Assembly: GCA_965655095.1 (NCBI GenBank)
Contig: OZ296648.1
Coordinates: forward strand, 73,470,001-73,534,000
Reading direction: 5' to 3'
Length of the DNA: 64,000 nt
Origin: Haplodiscus bocki
Lineage: Eukaryota
The translations under genes were made by a program, and so were the position numbers. Every line of letters begins with the position of its first letter. The first letter of the stretch is position 1. The notes beneath the pieces are model-generated. The model was not told the origin of the DNA. It was given only the letters and a program-made list of their open reading frames with translations, and did not search any database. Below are positions 37,401-52,400 of the stretch, one piece after another.

Positions 37401-40400
37401 ATTGCATCTGCTGGAACATATCGTTCTGTGATTCTCACATGGAGGAAATGCTTGGAACCGGAACTAGTTTTGAAATTCCTAGAAATTGCAACTTACTTTT
37501 CTCCGAAAAAACCAGCTTCAATTCTTTCATGTAGGTCTCAATCGAAAGCCTTGTACTTGTACCAGCGTATGTCATATAAAAATCTTTGCTTTTCTTCCTT
37601 GCGTCCGAATCCTGATATACCGGTAATGCGAAAAAAGTGCCATTTTTTTTGAAAACCTCGGTTATCGATTATTTTATTTCTCCCTAAATACCTGCTCGGT
37701 TCAATCTATCAAAATTTCATTAGATAGCTTTCAACTTGTGCCAAATCATTCCCCAGAAAACTGTTGATTCGTTCCTTGCATCAGAAACTTGATAGTCCAA
37801 TCTTTCCCAAAAGTGTTCATTTATTTTGATACATGGTCGCTTTTCGATCTCATGTTTCTTGGTAACTACAGATTCGATTTGGTACATGGAAGTCGCATTC
37901 GAGAACTGTACCTTGGTAGATGAGTATTCAATAGAAAAATATTTTCCTTTTGATCCCTGCATTGGAATCTTGATAGTCCGGAAATTCTAAAGAGTTCTAT
38001 TAATATTGATTCATTTCGATATACGAACTCCCGTTTGGCCATAACTACGAGTTTGATTTTTTCCGTCGAGATCTCAATCAAGCATTTTAAACTGGTGGGG
38101 AGGATTAGTTTCAGATATAAAATAATCCAAGCCTTGGTTCAGGCTTCTGATAGTCCGAAGCTTCCAAAATAAGTTAATAATCTTGATTCATCCCGAGATA
38201 TAATATTTTTTTTATTTGCAGGCCTGATTTTTTCCATCAAAGTCTCAATGAACAGCTGAAACCCTGTGAAGGAGTATTCTATTGAAGAACAAGTCGTTCT
38301 GTTCCCTGATTCGGAACGCTGATTGTCCAGTAATTGCAAAACTTGCTGTTTTTATTGTTACATCTTCATATTCAAACTCATCTTTAAACGTGAGTAAAAG
38401 CTTGATTTCTTCCACCGTGGTCTCTATCTTAAACATGACACTTGTCATGTCGGATTTGTTTGCTAAATCATTCACTCGGAGCCTTGATCCGAATCCTGAT
38501 AGTCTGAAAATTGCAAAAAAAAATTGTTTTTAATATTGACTCATGTTATTCAAATTCAATTTTCTTCTTAACTTTAAGTTTGATTTCTTCCATCGAGGTC
38601 TAAATCAAGCGCCTTGCACTTCTGGAGGTTGATCCGGTTGAAAGGTTGTCCACTTTGACTTTTCCATCAAATCGTGATTGTCCGAAACTTCCAAAAAGTG
38701 CTTATAGTAACGAATTATCTTGATATTCTAACTCATATTTGTCTGTAACTACAGTTTGATATTAGTCTCTTTTTCCATTATCCGAGTTTCTCCGCGGCCA
38801 AAAAAATCTATTTTAGTTTGAAATTGCATCTGCTGGAACATATCGTTCTGTGATTCTCACATCGAGGAAATGCTTGGAACCGGAACTAGTTTTGAAATTC
38901 CTAGAAATTGCAACTTACTTTTCTCCGAAAAAACCAGGTTCAATTCTTTCATGTAGGTCTCAATCGAAAGCCTTCTACTTGTACAAGCGTATGCCATATA
39001 AAAATCTTTGCTTTTCTTCCTTGCGTCAGAATCTTGATATACCGGTAATGCGAAAACAGTGCCATTTTTTTTGAAAACCTCGGTTATCGAATATTTTATT
39101 TCTCCCTAAATACCTGCTCGGTTCAATCTATCAAAATTTCATTAGATAGCTTTCAACTTGTGCCAAATCATTCCCCAGAAAACTGTTGATTCGTTCCTTG
39201 AATCAGTAACTTGATAGTCCAAATTTTCCCAAAAGTGTATTTATTTTGATACATGGTCGCTTTTCGATCTCATGTTTCTTGGTAACTACAGATTCGATTT
39301 GGTACATGGAAGTCGCACTCGAGAACTGTACCTTGGCAGATGAGTATTCAATAGAAAAATATTTTCCGTTTGATCCTTGCATTGGAATCTTGATAGTCCG
39401 GAAATTCTAAAGAGTTCTATTAATATTGATACATTTCGATATACGAACTCCCGTTTGGCCATAACTACAAGTTTGATTTTTTCCGTCGAGATCTCAATCA
39501 AGCATTTTAAACTGGTGGGGAGGATTAATTTCAGATATAAAATAATCCAAGCCTTGGTTCACGCTTCTGATAGTCCGACGCTTCCAAAATAAGTTAATAA
39601 TCATGATTCATCCCGAGATGTAATATTTTTTCTTTATTTACAGGCCTGATTTGTTCCATCAAAGTCTCAATTAACAGCTGAAACCTTGTGAAGGAGTATT
39701 CTATTGAAGAACAAGTCGTTCTGTTCCCTGATTCGGAACGCTGATTGTTCAGTAGTTGCAAAACTTGCTGTTTTTATTGATACATCTCCATATTCAAACT
39801 CATCTTTAAACGTGAGTAAAAGCTTGATTTCTTCCACCATGGTCTCTATCTTAAACATGACACTTGTCATGTCGGATTTGTTTGTTAAATCATTCACTCG
39901 GAGCTTTGATCCGAATCCTGATAGTCTGAAAATTGCAAAAAAAAAATTGTTTTTAATATTGACTCATGTTATTCAAGTTCAATTTTCTTCTTAACTTTAA
40001 GTTTGATTTCTTCCATCGAGGTCTAAATCAAGCGCCTTGCACTTCTAGAGTTTAATCCGGTTGAAACCTTGTCCACTTTGACTCTTGCATCAAATCGTCA
40101 TTGTCCGAAACTTCCGAAAAGTGCTTATAATAACGAATTATCTTGCCATTCTAACTCATGTTTCTCTGTAACTAGTTTGATATTAGTCTCTTTTTGCATT
40201 ATCCGAGTTTTTCCGCGGCCAAAAAATACTATTTTAGTTTGAAATTGCATCTGCTGGAGCATATCCTTCTATGATTCTAACATTGAGGAAATGCTTAGAA
40301 GCGGAACTAGTATTGAAATTCCTAGAATTTGCAACTTACTTTTCTCCGAAAAAACCAGGTTCAATTCTTTCATCTAGGTCTCAATCGAAAGCCTTCTACC

Positions 40401-43400
40401 TGTACAAACGTATGCCATGTAAAAATCTTTGCTTTCTTCCTTGCGTCAGAATCCTGATATACCGGTAATGCGAAAAAAGTGCCATATTTTTTTGAAAACC
40501 TCGATTATCGAATGTTTTATTTCTCCCTAAATACCTCGGTTTGCTGTATCAAGTTTTCAATAGATAGCTTTCAAACTGTGCCAAATCATTCCCCAGGAAA
40601 CTGTTGATTCGTTCCTTGCATCAGAAACTTGATAGTCCAAATTTTCCCAAAAGTGTATTTATTTTGATACATCGTCGCTTTTCGATCTCATGTTTCTTGG
40701 TAACTACAGATTCGATTTGGTACATGGAAGTCGCACTGGAGAACTGTACCTTGGTAGATGAGTATTCAATAGAAAAATATTTTCCTTATGATCCTTGCAT
40801 GGGAATCTTGATAGTCCGGAAATTCTAAAGAGTTCTATTAATATTGATACATTTCGATATACGAACTCCCGTTTGGCCATAACTACAAGTTTGATTTTTT
40901 CCGTCGAGATCTCAATCAAGCATCTTAAACTGGTGGGGAGGATTGGTTTCAGATATAAAATAATCCAAGCCTTGGTTCAGGCTTCTTATAGTCCGAAGCT
41001 TCCAAAATAAGTTAATAATCATGTTTCATCCCGAGATGTAATATTTTTTCTTTATTTATAGTCCTGATTTGTTCCATCAAAGTCTCAATTGACAGCTGAA
41101 ACCTTGTGAAGGAGTATTCTATTGAAGAACAAGTCGTTCTGTTCCCTGATTCGGAACGCTGATTGTCCAGTAATTGCAAAACTTGCTGTTTTTATTGATA
41201 TATCTCCATATTCAAACTCATCTTTAAACGTGAGTAAAAGCTTGATTTCTTCCACCATGGTCTCTATCTTAAACATAACACTTGTCATGTCGGATTGCTT
41301 TGGTAAATCATTCACTCGGAGCTGTGATCCGAATCGTGATAGTCTGAAAATTGCAAACATAAATAATATTGACTTTGAAATAAAATAATAATGTTTTTAA
41401 TATTGACTCATGTTATTCAAATTCATTTTTCTTCGTAACTTTAAGTTTGATTTCTTCCATCGAGGTCTAAATCAAGCGCCTTGCACTTCTGGAGGTTGAT
41501 CCGGTTGAAAGATTGTCCACTTTGACTCTTGCATCAAATCGTCATTGTCCGAAACTTCCGAAAAGTGCTTATAATAACGAATTATCTTGCCATTCTAACT
41601 CATGTTTCTCTGTAACTAGTTTGATATTAGTCTCTTTTTGCATTATCCGAGTTTCTCCGCGGCCAAAAAATACTATTTTAGTTTGAAATTGCATCTGCTG
41701 GAACATATCCTTCTATGATTCTAACATTGAGGAAATGCTTAGAACCGGAACTAGTATTGAAATTCCTAGAATTTGCAACTTACATTTCTCCGAAAAAACC
41801 AGGTTCAATTCTTTCATCTAGGTCTCAATCGAAAGCCTTCTACCTGTACAAACGTATGCCATGTAAAAATCTTTGCTTTCTTCCTTGCGTCAGAATCCTG
41901 ATATACCGGTAATGCGAAAAAAGTGCCATATTTTTTTGAAAACCTCGATTATCGATTGTTTTATTTCTCCCTAAATACCTACTCGGTTTGCTGTATCAAG
42001 TTTTCAATAGATAGCTTTCAACTTGTGCCAAATCATTCCCCAGGAAACTGTTGATTCGTTCCTTGCATCAGAAACTTGATAGTCCAAATTTTCCCAAAAG
42101 TGTATTTATTTTGATACATCGTCGCTTTTCGATCTCATGTTTCTTGGTAACTACAGATTCGATTTGGTACATGGAAGTCGCACTGGAGAACTGTACCTTG
42201 GTAGATGAGTATTCAATAGAAAAATATTTTCCTTTTGATCCTTGCATGGGAATCTTGATAGTCCGGAAATTCTAAAGAGTTCTATTAATATTGATACATT
42301 TCGATATACGAACTCCCGTTTGGCCATAACTACAAGTTTGATTTTTTCCGTCGAGATCTCAATCAAGCATTTTAAACTGGTGGGGAGGATTGGTTTCAGA
42401 TATAAAATAATCCAAGCCTTGGTTCAGGCTTCTTATAGTCCGAAGCTTCCAAAATAAGTTAATTATCATGATTCATCCCGAGATGTAATATTTTTTCTTT
42501 ATTTATAGTCCTGATTTGTTGCATCAAAGTCTCAATTAACAGCTGAAACCTTGTGAAGGAGTATTCTATTGAAGAACAAGTCGTTCTCTTCCCTGATTCG
42601 GAACGCTGATTGTCCAGTAATTGCAAAACTTGCTGTTTTTATTGATATATCTCCATATTCAAACTCATCTTTAAACGTGAGTAAAAGCTTGATTTCTTCC
42701 ACCATGGTCTCTATCTTAAACATAACACTTGTCATGTCGGATTGCTTTGGTAAATCATTCACTCGGAGCTGTGATCCGAATCGTGATAGTCTGAAAATTG
42801 CAAACATAAATAATATTGACTTTGAAATAAAATAATAATGTTTTTAATATTGACTCATGTTATTCAAATTCATTTTTCTTCGTAACTTTAAGTTTGATTT
42901 CTTCCATCGAGGTCTAAATCAAGCGCCTTGCACTTCTGGAGGTTGATCCGGTTGAAAGATTGTCCACTTTGACTCTTGCATCAAATCGTCATTGTCCGAA
43001 ACTTCCGAAAAGTGCTTATAATAACGAATTATCTTGCCATTCTAACTCATGTTTCTCTGTAACTAGTTTGATATTAGTCTCTTTTTGCATTATCCGAGTT
43101 TCTCCGCGGCCAAAAAATACTATTTTAGTTTGAAATTGCATCTGCTGGAACATATCCTTCTATGATTCTAACATTGAGGAAATGCTTAGAACCGCAACTA
43201 GTATTGAAATTCCTAGAATTTGCAACTTACATTTCTCCGAAAAAACCAGGTTCAATTCTTTCATCTAGGTCTCAATCGAAAGCCTTCTACCTGTACAAAC
43301 GTATGCCATGTAAAAATCTTTGCTTTCTTCCTTGCGTCGGAATCCTGATATACCGGTAATGCGAAAAAAGTGCCATATTTTTTTGAAAACCTCGATTATC

Positions 43401-46400
43401 GATTGTTTTATTTCTCCCTAAATACCTACTCGGTTTGCTGTATCAAGTTTTCAATAGATAGCTTTCAACTTGTGCCAAATCATTCCCCAGGAAACTGTTG
43501 ATTCGTTCCTTGCATCAGAAACTTGATAGTCCAAATTTTCCCAAAAGTGTATTTATTTTGATACATCGTCGCTTTTCGATCTCATGTTTCTTGGTAACTA
43601 CAGATTCGATTTGGTACATGGAAGTCGCACTGGAGAACTGTACCTTGGTAGATGAGTATTCAATAGAAAAATATTTTCCTTTTGATCCTTGCATGGGAAT
43701 CTTGATAGTCCGGAAATTCTAAAGAGTTCTATTAATATTGATACATTTCGATATACGAACTCCCGTTTGGCCATAACTACAAGTTTGATTTTTTCCGTCG
43801 AGATCTCAATCAAGCATTTTAAACTGGTGGGGAGGATTGGTTTCAGATATAAAATAATCCAAGCCTTGGTTCAGGCTTTTTATAGTCCGAAGCTTCCAAA
43901 ATAAGTTAATAATCATGATTCATCCCGAGATGTAATATTTTTTCTTTATTTATAGTCCTGATTTGTTCCATCAAAGTCTCAATTAACAGCTGAAACCTTG
44001 TGAAGGAGTATTCTATTGAAGAACAAGTCGTTCTGTTCCCTGATTCGGAACGCTGATTGTCCAGTAATTGCAAAACTTGCTGTTTTTATTGATATATCTC
44101 CATATTCAAACTCATCTTTAAACGTGAGTAAAAGCTTGATTTCTTCCACCATGATCTCTATCTTAAACATAACACTTGTCATGTCGGATTGCTTTGGTAA
44201 ATCATTCACTCGGAGCTGTGATCCGAATCGTGATAGTCTGAAAATTGCAAACATAAATAATATTGACTTTGAAATAAAATAATAATGTTTTTAATATTGA
44301 CTCATGTTATTCAAATTCATTTTTCTTCGTAACTTTAAGTTTGATTTCTTCCATCGAGGTCTAAATCAAGCGCCTTGCACTTCTGGAGGTTGATCCGGTC
44401 GAAAAATTGTCCACATTGTGTCTTCCATCAAATCGTGATTGTCCGAAACTTCCAAAAAGTGCTTATAGTAACGAATTATCTTGATATTCTAACTCATGTT
44501 TCTCTGTAACTAGTTTGATATTAGTCTCTTCTTGCATTATCCGAGTTTCTCCGCGGCCAAAAAATACTTTTTTAGTTTGAAATTGCATCTGCTGGAACAT
44601 ATCGTTCTATGATTCTTATATGAGGAAATGCTTAGAACCGGAACTAGTATTGAAATTCCTGGAATTTGCAACTTACTTTTCTCCGAAAAAACCAGGTTCA
44701 ATTCTTTCATCTAGTTCTCAATCGAAAGCCTTCTACCTGTACAAGCGTATGCCATGTAAAAATCTTTGCTTTCTTCCTTGCGTCAGAATCCTGATATACC
44801 GGTAATGCGAAAAAAGTGCCATTTTTTTTTGAAAACCTCGGTTATCGAATATTTTATTTCTCCCTAAATACCTGCTCGGTTCAATCTATCAAAATTTTAA
44901 TAGATAGCTTTCAACTTGTGCCAAATCATTCCCCAGAAAACTGTTGATTCGTTCCTTGCATCAGAAACTTGATAGTCCAAATATTCCCAAAAGTGATTAT
45001 TTATTTTGATACATGGTCGCTTTTCGATCTAATGTTTCTTGGTAACTACAGATTCGATTTGGTACATGGAAGTCGCACTCGAGAACTGTACCTTGGTAGA
45101 TGAGTATTCAATAGAAAAATATTTTCCTTTTGATCCTTGCATTGGAATCTTGATAGTCCGGAAATTCTAAAGAGTTCTATTAATATTGATACATTTCGAT
45201 ATACGAACTCCCGTTTGGCCATAACTACAAGTTTGATTTTTTCCGTCGAGATCTCAATCAAGCATTTTAAACTGGTGGGGAGGATTGGTTTCAGATATAA
45301 AATAATCCAAGCCTTGGTTCAGGCTTCTTATAGTCCGAAGCTTCCAAAATAAGTTAATAATCATGATTCATCCCGAGATGTAATATTTTTTCTTTATTTA
45401 TAGTCCTGATTTGTTCCATCAAAGTCTCAATTAACAGCTGAAACCTTGTGAAGGAGTATTCTATTGAAGAACAAGTGGTTCTGTTCCCTGATTCGGAACG
45501 CTGATTGTCCAGTAATTGCAAAACTTGCTGTTTTTATTGATATATCTCCATATTCAAACTCATCTTTAAACTGAGTAAAAGCTTGATTTCTTCCACCATG
45601 GTCTCTATCTTAAACATCACACTTGTCATGTCGGATTGGTTTGGTAAATCATTCACTCGGAGCTTTGATCCGAATCGTGATAGTCTGAAAATTGCAAACA
45701 TAAATAATATTGACTTTGAAATAAAATAATAATGTTTTTAATATTGACTCATGTTATTCAAATTCATTTTTCTTCGTAACTTTAAGTTTGATTTCTTCCG
45801 TCGAGGTCTAAATCAAGCGCCTTGCACTTCTAGAGTTTGATCCGGTTGAAAGGTTGTCCACTTTGACTCTTGCATCAAATCGTCATTGTCCGAAACTTCC
45901 GAAAAGTGCTTCTAATAACGAATTATCTTGCCATTCTAACTCATGTTTCTCTGTAATTAGTTTGATATTAGTCTCTTTTTGCATTATCCGAGTTTCTCCG
46001 CGGCCAAAGAATACTATTTTACTTTGAAATTGCATCTGCTGGAACATATCGTTCTATGATTCTAACATTGAGGAAATGCTTAGAACCGGAACTAGTATTG
46101 AAATTCCTAGAATTTGCAACTTACTTTTCTCCGAAAAAACCAGGTTCAATTCTTCCATCTAGGTCTCAATCGAAAGCCTTCTACTTGTACAAGCGTATGC
46201 TATATAAAAATCTTTGCTTCTCCTCCTTGCGTCAGAATCCTGATATACCGGTAATGCGAAAAAAGTGCCATATTTTTTTGAAAACCTCGATTATCGAATG
46301 TTTTATTTCTCCCTAAATACCTACTCGGTTCGATGTATCAAGTTTTCAATAGATAGCTTTCAACTTGTGCCAAATCATTCTCCAGGAAACTGTTGATTCG

Positions 46401-49400
46401 CTCCTTGCATCAGAAACTTGATAGTCCAAATATTCCCAAAAGTGATTATTTATTTTGATACATGGTCGCTTTTCGATTTAATGTTTCTTGGTAACTACAG
46501 ATTCGATTTGGTACATGGAAGTCGAACTCGAGAACTGTACCTTGGTAGATGAGTATTCAATAGAAAAATATTTTCCTTTTGATCCCTGCATTGGAATCTT
46601 GATAGTCCGGAAATTCTAAAGAGTTCTATTAATATTGATTCATTTCGATATACGAACTCCCGTTTGGCCATAACTACGAGTTTGATTTTTTCCGTCGAGA
46701 TCTCAATCAAGCATTTTAAACTGGTGGGGAGGATTAATCTCAGATATAAAATAATCCAAGCCTTGGTTCAGGCTTCTGATAGCCCGACGCTTCCAAAATA
46801 AGATAATAATCATGATTCATCCCGAGATGTAATATTTTTTCTTTATTTATAGTCCTGATTTGTTCCATCAAAGTCTCAATTAACAGCTGAAACCTTGTGA
46901 AGGAGTATTCTATTGAAGAACAAGTGGTTCTGTTCCCTGATTCGGAACGCTGATTGTCCAGTAATTGCAAAACTTGCTGTTTTTATTGATATATCTCCAT
47001 ATTCAAACTCATCTTTAAACTGAGTAAAAGCTTGATTTCTTCCACCATGGTCTCTATCTTAAACATCACACTTGTCATGTCGGATTGGTTTGGTAAATCA
47101 TTCACTTGGAGCTTTGATCCGAATCGTGATAGTCTGAAAATTGCAAACATAAATAATATTGACTTTGAAATAAAATAATAATGTTTTTAATATTGACTCA
47201 TGTTATTCAAATTCATTTTTCTTCGTAACTTTAAGTTTGATTTCTTCCGTCGAGGTCTAAATCAAGCGCCTTGCACTTCTAGAGTTTGATCCGGTTGAAA
47301 GGTTGTCCACTTTGACTCTTGCATCAAATCGCCATTGTCCGAAACTTCCGAAAAGTGCTTCTAATAACGAATTATCTTGCCATTCTAACTCATGTTTCTC
47401 TGTAATTAGTTTGATATTAGTCTCTTTTTGCATTATCCGAGTTTCTCCGCGGCCAAAGAATACTATTTTACTTTGAAATTGCATCTGCTGGAACATATCG
47501 TTCTATGATTCTAACATTGAGGAAATGCTTAGAACCGGAACTAGTATTGAAATTCCTAGAATTTGCAACTTACTTTTCTCCGAAAAAACCAGGTTCAATT
47601 CTTCCATCTAGGTCTCAATCGAAAGCCTTCTACTTGTACAAGCGTATGCTATATAAAAATCTTTGCTTCTCCTCCTTGCGTCAGAATCCTGATATACCGG
47701 TAATGCGAAAAAAGTGCCATATTTTTTTGAAAACCTCGATTATCGAATGTTTTATTTCTCCCTAAATACCTACTCGGTTCGATGTATCAAGTTTTCAATA
47801 GATAGCTTTCAACTTGTGCCAAATCATTCTCCAGGAAACTGTTGATTCGCTCCTTGCATCAGAAACTTGATAGTCCAAATATTCCCAAAAGTGATTATTT
47901 ATTTTGATACATGGTCGCTTTTCGATTTAATGTTTCTTGGTAACTACAGATTCGATTTGGTACATGGAAGTCGAACTCGAGAACTGTACCTTGGTAGATG
48001 AGTATTCAATAGAAAAATATTTTCCTTTTGATCCTTGCATTGGAATCTTGATAGTCCGGAAATTCTAAAGAGTTCTATTAATATTGATACATTTCGATAT
48101 ACGAACTCCCGTTTGGCCATAACTACAAGTTTGATTTTTTCCGTCGAGATCTCAATCAAGCATTTTAAACTGGTGGGGAGGATTGGTTTCAGACATAAAA
48201 TAATCCAAGCCTTGGTTCAGGCTTCTTATAGTCCGAAGCTTCCAAAATAAGTTAATAATCATGATTCATCCCGAGATGTAATATTTTTTCTTTATTTACA
48301 GTCCTGATTTGTTCCATCAAAGTCTCAATTAACAGCTGAAACCTTGTGAAGGAGTATTCTATTGAAGAACAAGTGGTTCTGTTCCCTGATTCGGAACGCT
48401 GATTGTCCAGTAATTGCAAAACTTGCTGTTTTTATTGATATATCTCCATATTCAAACTCATCTTTAAACGTGAGTAAAAGCTTGATTTCTTCCACCATGG
48501 TCTCTATCTTAAACATCACACTTGTCATGTCGGATTGGTTTGGTAAATCATTCACTCGGAGCTTTGATCCGAATCGTGATAGTCTGAAAATTGCAAACAT
48601 AAATAATATTGACTTTGAAATAAAATAATAATGTTTTTAATATTGACTCATGTTTTTCAAATTCATTTTTCTTCGTAACTTTAAGTTTGATTTCTTCCGT
48701 CGAGGTCTAAATCAAGCGCCTTGCACTTCTGGAGGTTGATCCGGTTGAAAGATTGTCCACTTTGACTCTTGCATCAAATCGTCATTGTCCGAAACTTCCG
48801 AAAAGTGCTTATAATAACGAATTATCTTGCCATTCTAACTCATGTTTCTCTGTAACTAGTTTGATATTAGTCTCTTTCTGCATTATCCGAGTTTCTCCGC
48901 GGCCAAAAAATACTATTTTAGTTTGAAATTGCATCTGCTGGAACATATCCTTCTATGATTCTAACATTGAGGAAATGCTTAGAACCGGAACTAGTATTGA
49001 AATTCCTAGAATTTGCAACTTACTTTTCTCCGAAAAAACCAGGTTCCATGCTTTCATCTAGGTCTCAATCGAAAGCCTTCTACTTGTACAAGCGTATGCT
49101 ATATAAAAATCTTTGCTTCTCCTCCTTGCGTCAGAATCCTGATATACCGGTAATGCGAAAAAAGTGCCATATTTTTTTGAAAACCTCGATTATCGAATGT
49201 TTTATTTCTCCCTAAATACCTACTCGGTTCGATGTATCAAGTTTTCAATAGATAGCTTTCAACTTATGCCAAATCATTCCCCAGGAAACTGTTGATTCGT
49301 TCCTTGCATCAGAAACTTGATAGTCCAAATTTTCCCAAAAGTGTATTTTCTTTGATACATGGTCGCTTTTCGATCTCATGTTTCTTGGTAACTACAGATT

Positions 49401-52400
49401 CGATTTGGTACTTGGAAGTCGCGCTAGAGAACTGTACCTCGGTAGATGAGTATTCAATAGAGAAATCTTTTCCTTTTGATCCTTGCATTGGAATCTTGAT
49501 AGGGCGGAAATTCTAAAGAGTTCTTTAATATTGAAACATTTCGATATTCGAACTCCCGTTTGGCCATAGCTACAAGTTTGATTTTTTCCTTCGAGATCTC
49601 AATCGAGCATTTTACACTGGTGGGGCGGATTAGTTTCGGAAATAAAATAATCCAAGCCTTGGTTCAGGCTTCTTATAGTCCGAAGCTTCCAAAATAAGTT
49701 ATTAATCATGATTCATCCCGAGATGTAATTTTTTTTCTCTATTTACAGGCTTGATTTGTTCCATCAAAGTCTCAATTAACAGCTGAAACCCTGTAAAGGA
49801 GTATTCTGTTGAAAAACAAGTCGTTTTGTTCCCTGATTCGGAACGCTGATTGTCCAGTAATTGCAAAACTTGCTGTTTTTATTGATATATCTCCATATTC
49901 AAACTCATCTTTAAACGTGAGTAAAAGCTTGATTGCTTCCACCATGGTCTCTATCTTAAACATCACTTTTGTCATGTCGGATTTGTTTGCTAAATCACTC
50001 ACTCGGAGACTTGATCCGAATCCTGATAGTCTGAAAATTGCAAAAAAAAAATTGTTTTCAATATTGACTCATGTTATTCAAAGTCAATTTTCTTCGTAAC
50101 TTTTGTTTTGATTTCTTCCATCGAGGTCTAAATCAAGCGCCTTGCACTTGTGGAGGTTGATCCGGTTGAAAGATTGTCCACTTTGACTCTTGCATCAAAT
50201 CGTGATTGTCCGAAACTTCCAAAAAATGCTTATAGTAACGAATTATCTTGATATTCTAACTCATGTTTCTCTGTATTTACAGCTCGATATTGGTCTCTTT
50301 TTCCATTATCCGAGTTTCTCCGCGGCCAGAAAATACTATTTTAGTTTGAAATTGCATCTGCTGCAAAATATCGTTCTGTGATTCTCACATTGAGGAAATG
50401 CTTACAACCGGAATTAGTATTGAAATTCAAAGAATTTGCAACTTACTTTTCTCCGAAAAAACCAGGTTCCATGCTTTCATCTAGGTCTCAATCGAAAGCC
50501 TTCTACTTGTACAAGCGTATGCTATATAAAAATCTTTGCTTCTCCTCCTTGCGTCAGAATCCTGATATACCGGTAATGCGAAAAAAGTGCCATATTTTTT
50601 TGAAAACCTCGTTTATCGAATGTTTTATTTCTCCCTAAATACCTACTCGGTTCGATGTATCAAGTTTTCAATAGATAGCTTTCAACTTATGCCAAATCAT
50701 TCCCCAGGAAACTGTTGATTCGTTCCTTGCATCAGAAACTTGATAGTCCAAATTTTCCCAAAAGTGTATTTTCTTTGATACATGGTCGCTTTTCGATCTC
50801 ATGTTTCTTGGTAACTACAGATTCGATTTGGTACTTGGAAGTCGCGCTAGAGAACTGTACCTCGGTAGATGAGTATTCAATAGAGAAATCTTTTCCTTTT
50901 GATCCTTGCATTGGAATCTTGATAGGGCGGAAATTCTAAAGAGTTCTTTAATATTGAAACATTTCGATATTCGAACTCCCGTTTGGCCATAGCTACAAGT
51001 TTGATTTTTTCCTTCGAGATCTCAATCGAGCATTTTACACTGGTGGGGCGGATTAGTTTCGGAAATAAAATAATCCAAGCCTTGGTTCAGGCTTCTTATA
51101 GTCCGAAGCTTCCAAAATAAGTTATTAATCATGATTCATCCCGAGATGTAATTTTTTTTCTCTATTTACAGGCTTGATTTGTTCCATCAAAGTCTCAATT
51201 AACAGCTGAAACCTTGTAAAGGAGTATTCTGTTGAAAAACAAGTCGTTTTGTTCCCTGATTCGGAACGCTGATTGTCCAGTAATTGCAAAACTTGCTGTT
51301 TTTATTGATATATCTCCATATTCAAACTCATCTTTAAACGTGAGTAAAAGCTTGATTGCTTCCACCATGGTCTCTATCTTAAACATCACTTTTGTCATGT
51401 CGGATTTGTTTGCTAAATCATTCACTCGGAGACTTGATCCGAATCCTGATAGTCTGAAAATTGCAAAAAAAATTGTTTTCAATATTGACTCATGTTATTC
51501 AAAGTCAATTTTCTTCGTAACTTTTGTTTTGATTTCTTCCATCGAGGTCTAAATCAAGCGCCTTGCACTTGTGGAGGTTGATCCGGTTGAAAGATTGTCC
51601 ACTTTGACTCTTGCATCAAATCGTGATTGTCCGAAACTTCCAAAAAATGCTTATAGTAACGAATTATCTTGATATTCTAACTCATGTTTCTCTGTATTTA
51701 CAGTTCGATATTGGTCTCTTTTTCCATTATCCGAGTTTCTCCGCGGACAGAAAATACTATTTTAGTTTGAAATTGCATCTGCTGCAAAATATCGTTCTGT
51801 GATTCTCACATTGAGGAAATGCTTACAACCGGAATTAGTATTGAAATTCAAAGAATTTGCAACTTACTTTTCTCCGAAAAAACCAGGTTCCATGCTTTCA
51901 TCTAGATCTCAATCGAAAGCCTTCTACTTGTACAAGCGTATGCCATATAATAATCTTTGCTTTTCTTCCTTGCGTCAGAATCCTGATACACCGGTGATGC
52001 GAAAATAGTGCCATATTTTTTTGAAAACCTCGATTATCGAATTATTTATTTCTCCCTAAATACCTACTCGGTTCGGTCTGTCAAGTGTTCAATAGATAGC
52101 TTTCAACTTGTGCCAAATAGTTCCCCAGGAAACTGTTGATTCGTTCCTTGCATCAGAAACTTGATAGTCCAAATTTTCCCAAAAGTGTTTATTTATTTTG
52201 ATACATGGTCCCTTTTCGACCTCATGTTTCTTGGTAACTACAGATTCGATTTGGTACATGGAAGTCGCACTCGAGAACTGTACCTTGGTAGATGAGTATG
52301 CAATAGAAAAATGTTTTCCTTTTGATCCTTGCATTGGAATCTTGATAGTCCGGAAATTCTAAAGAGTTCTTTTAATATTGATACATTTCGATATTCGAAC

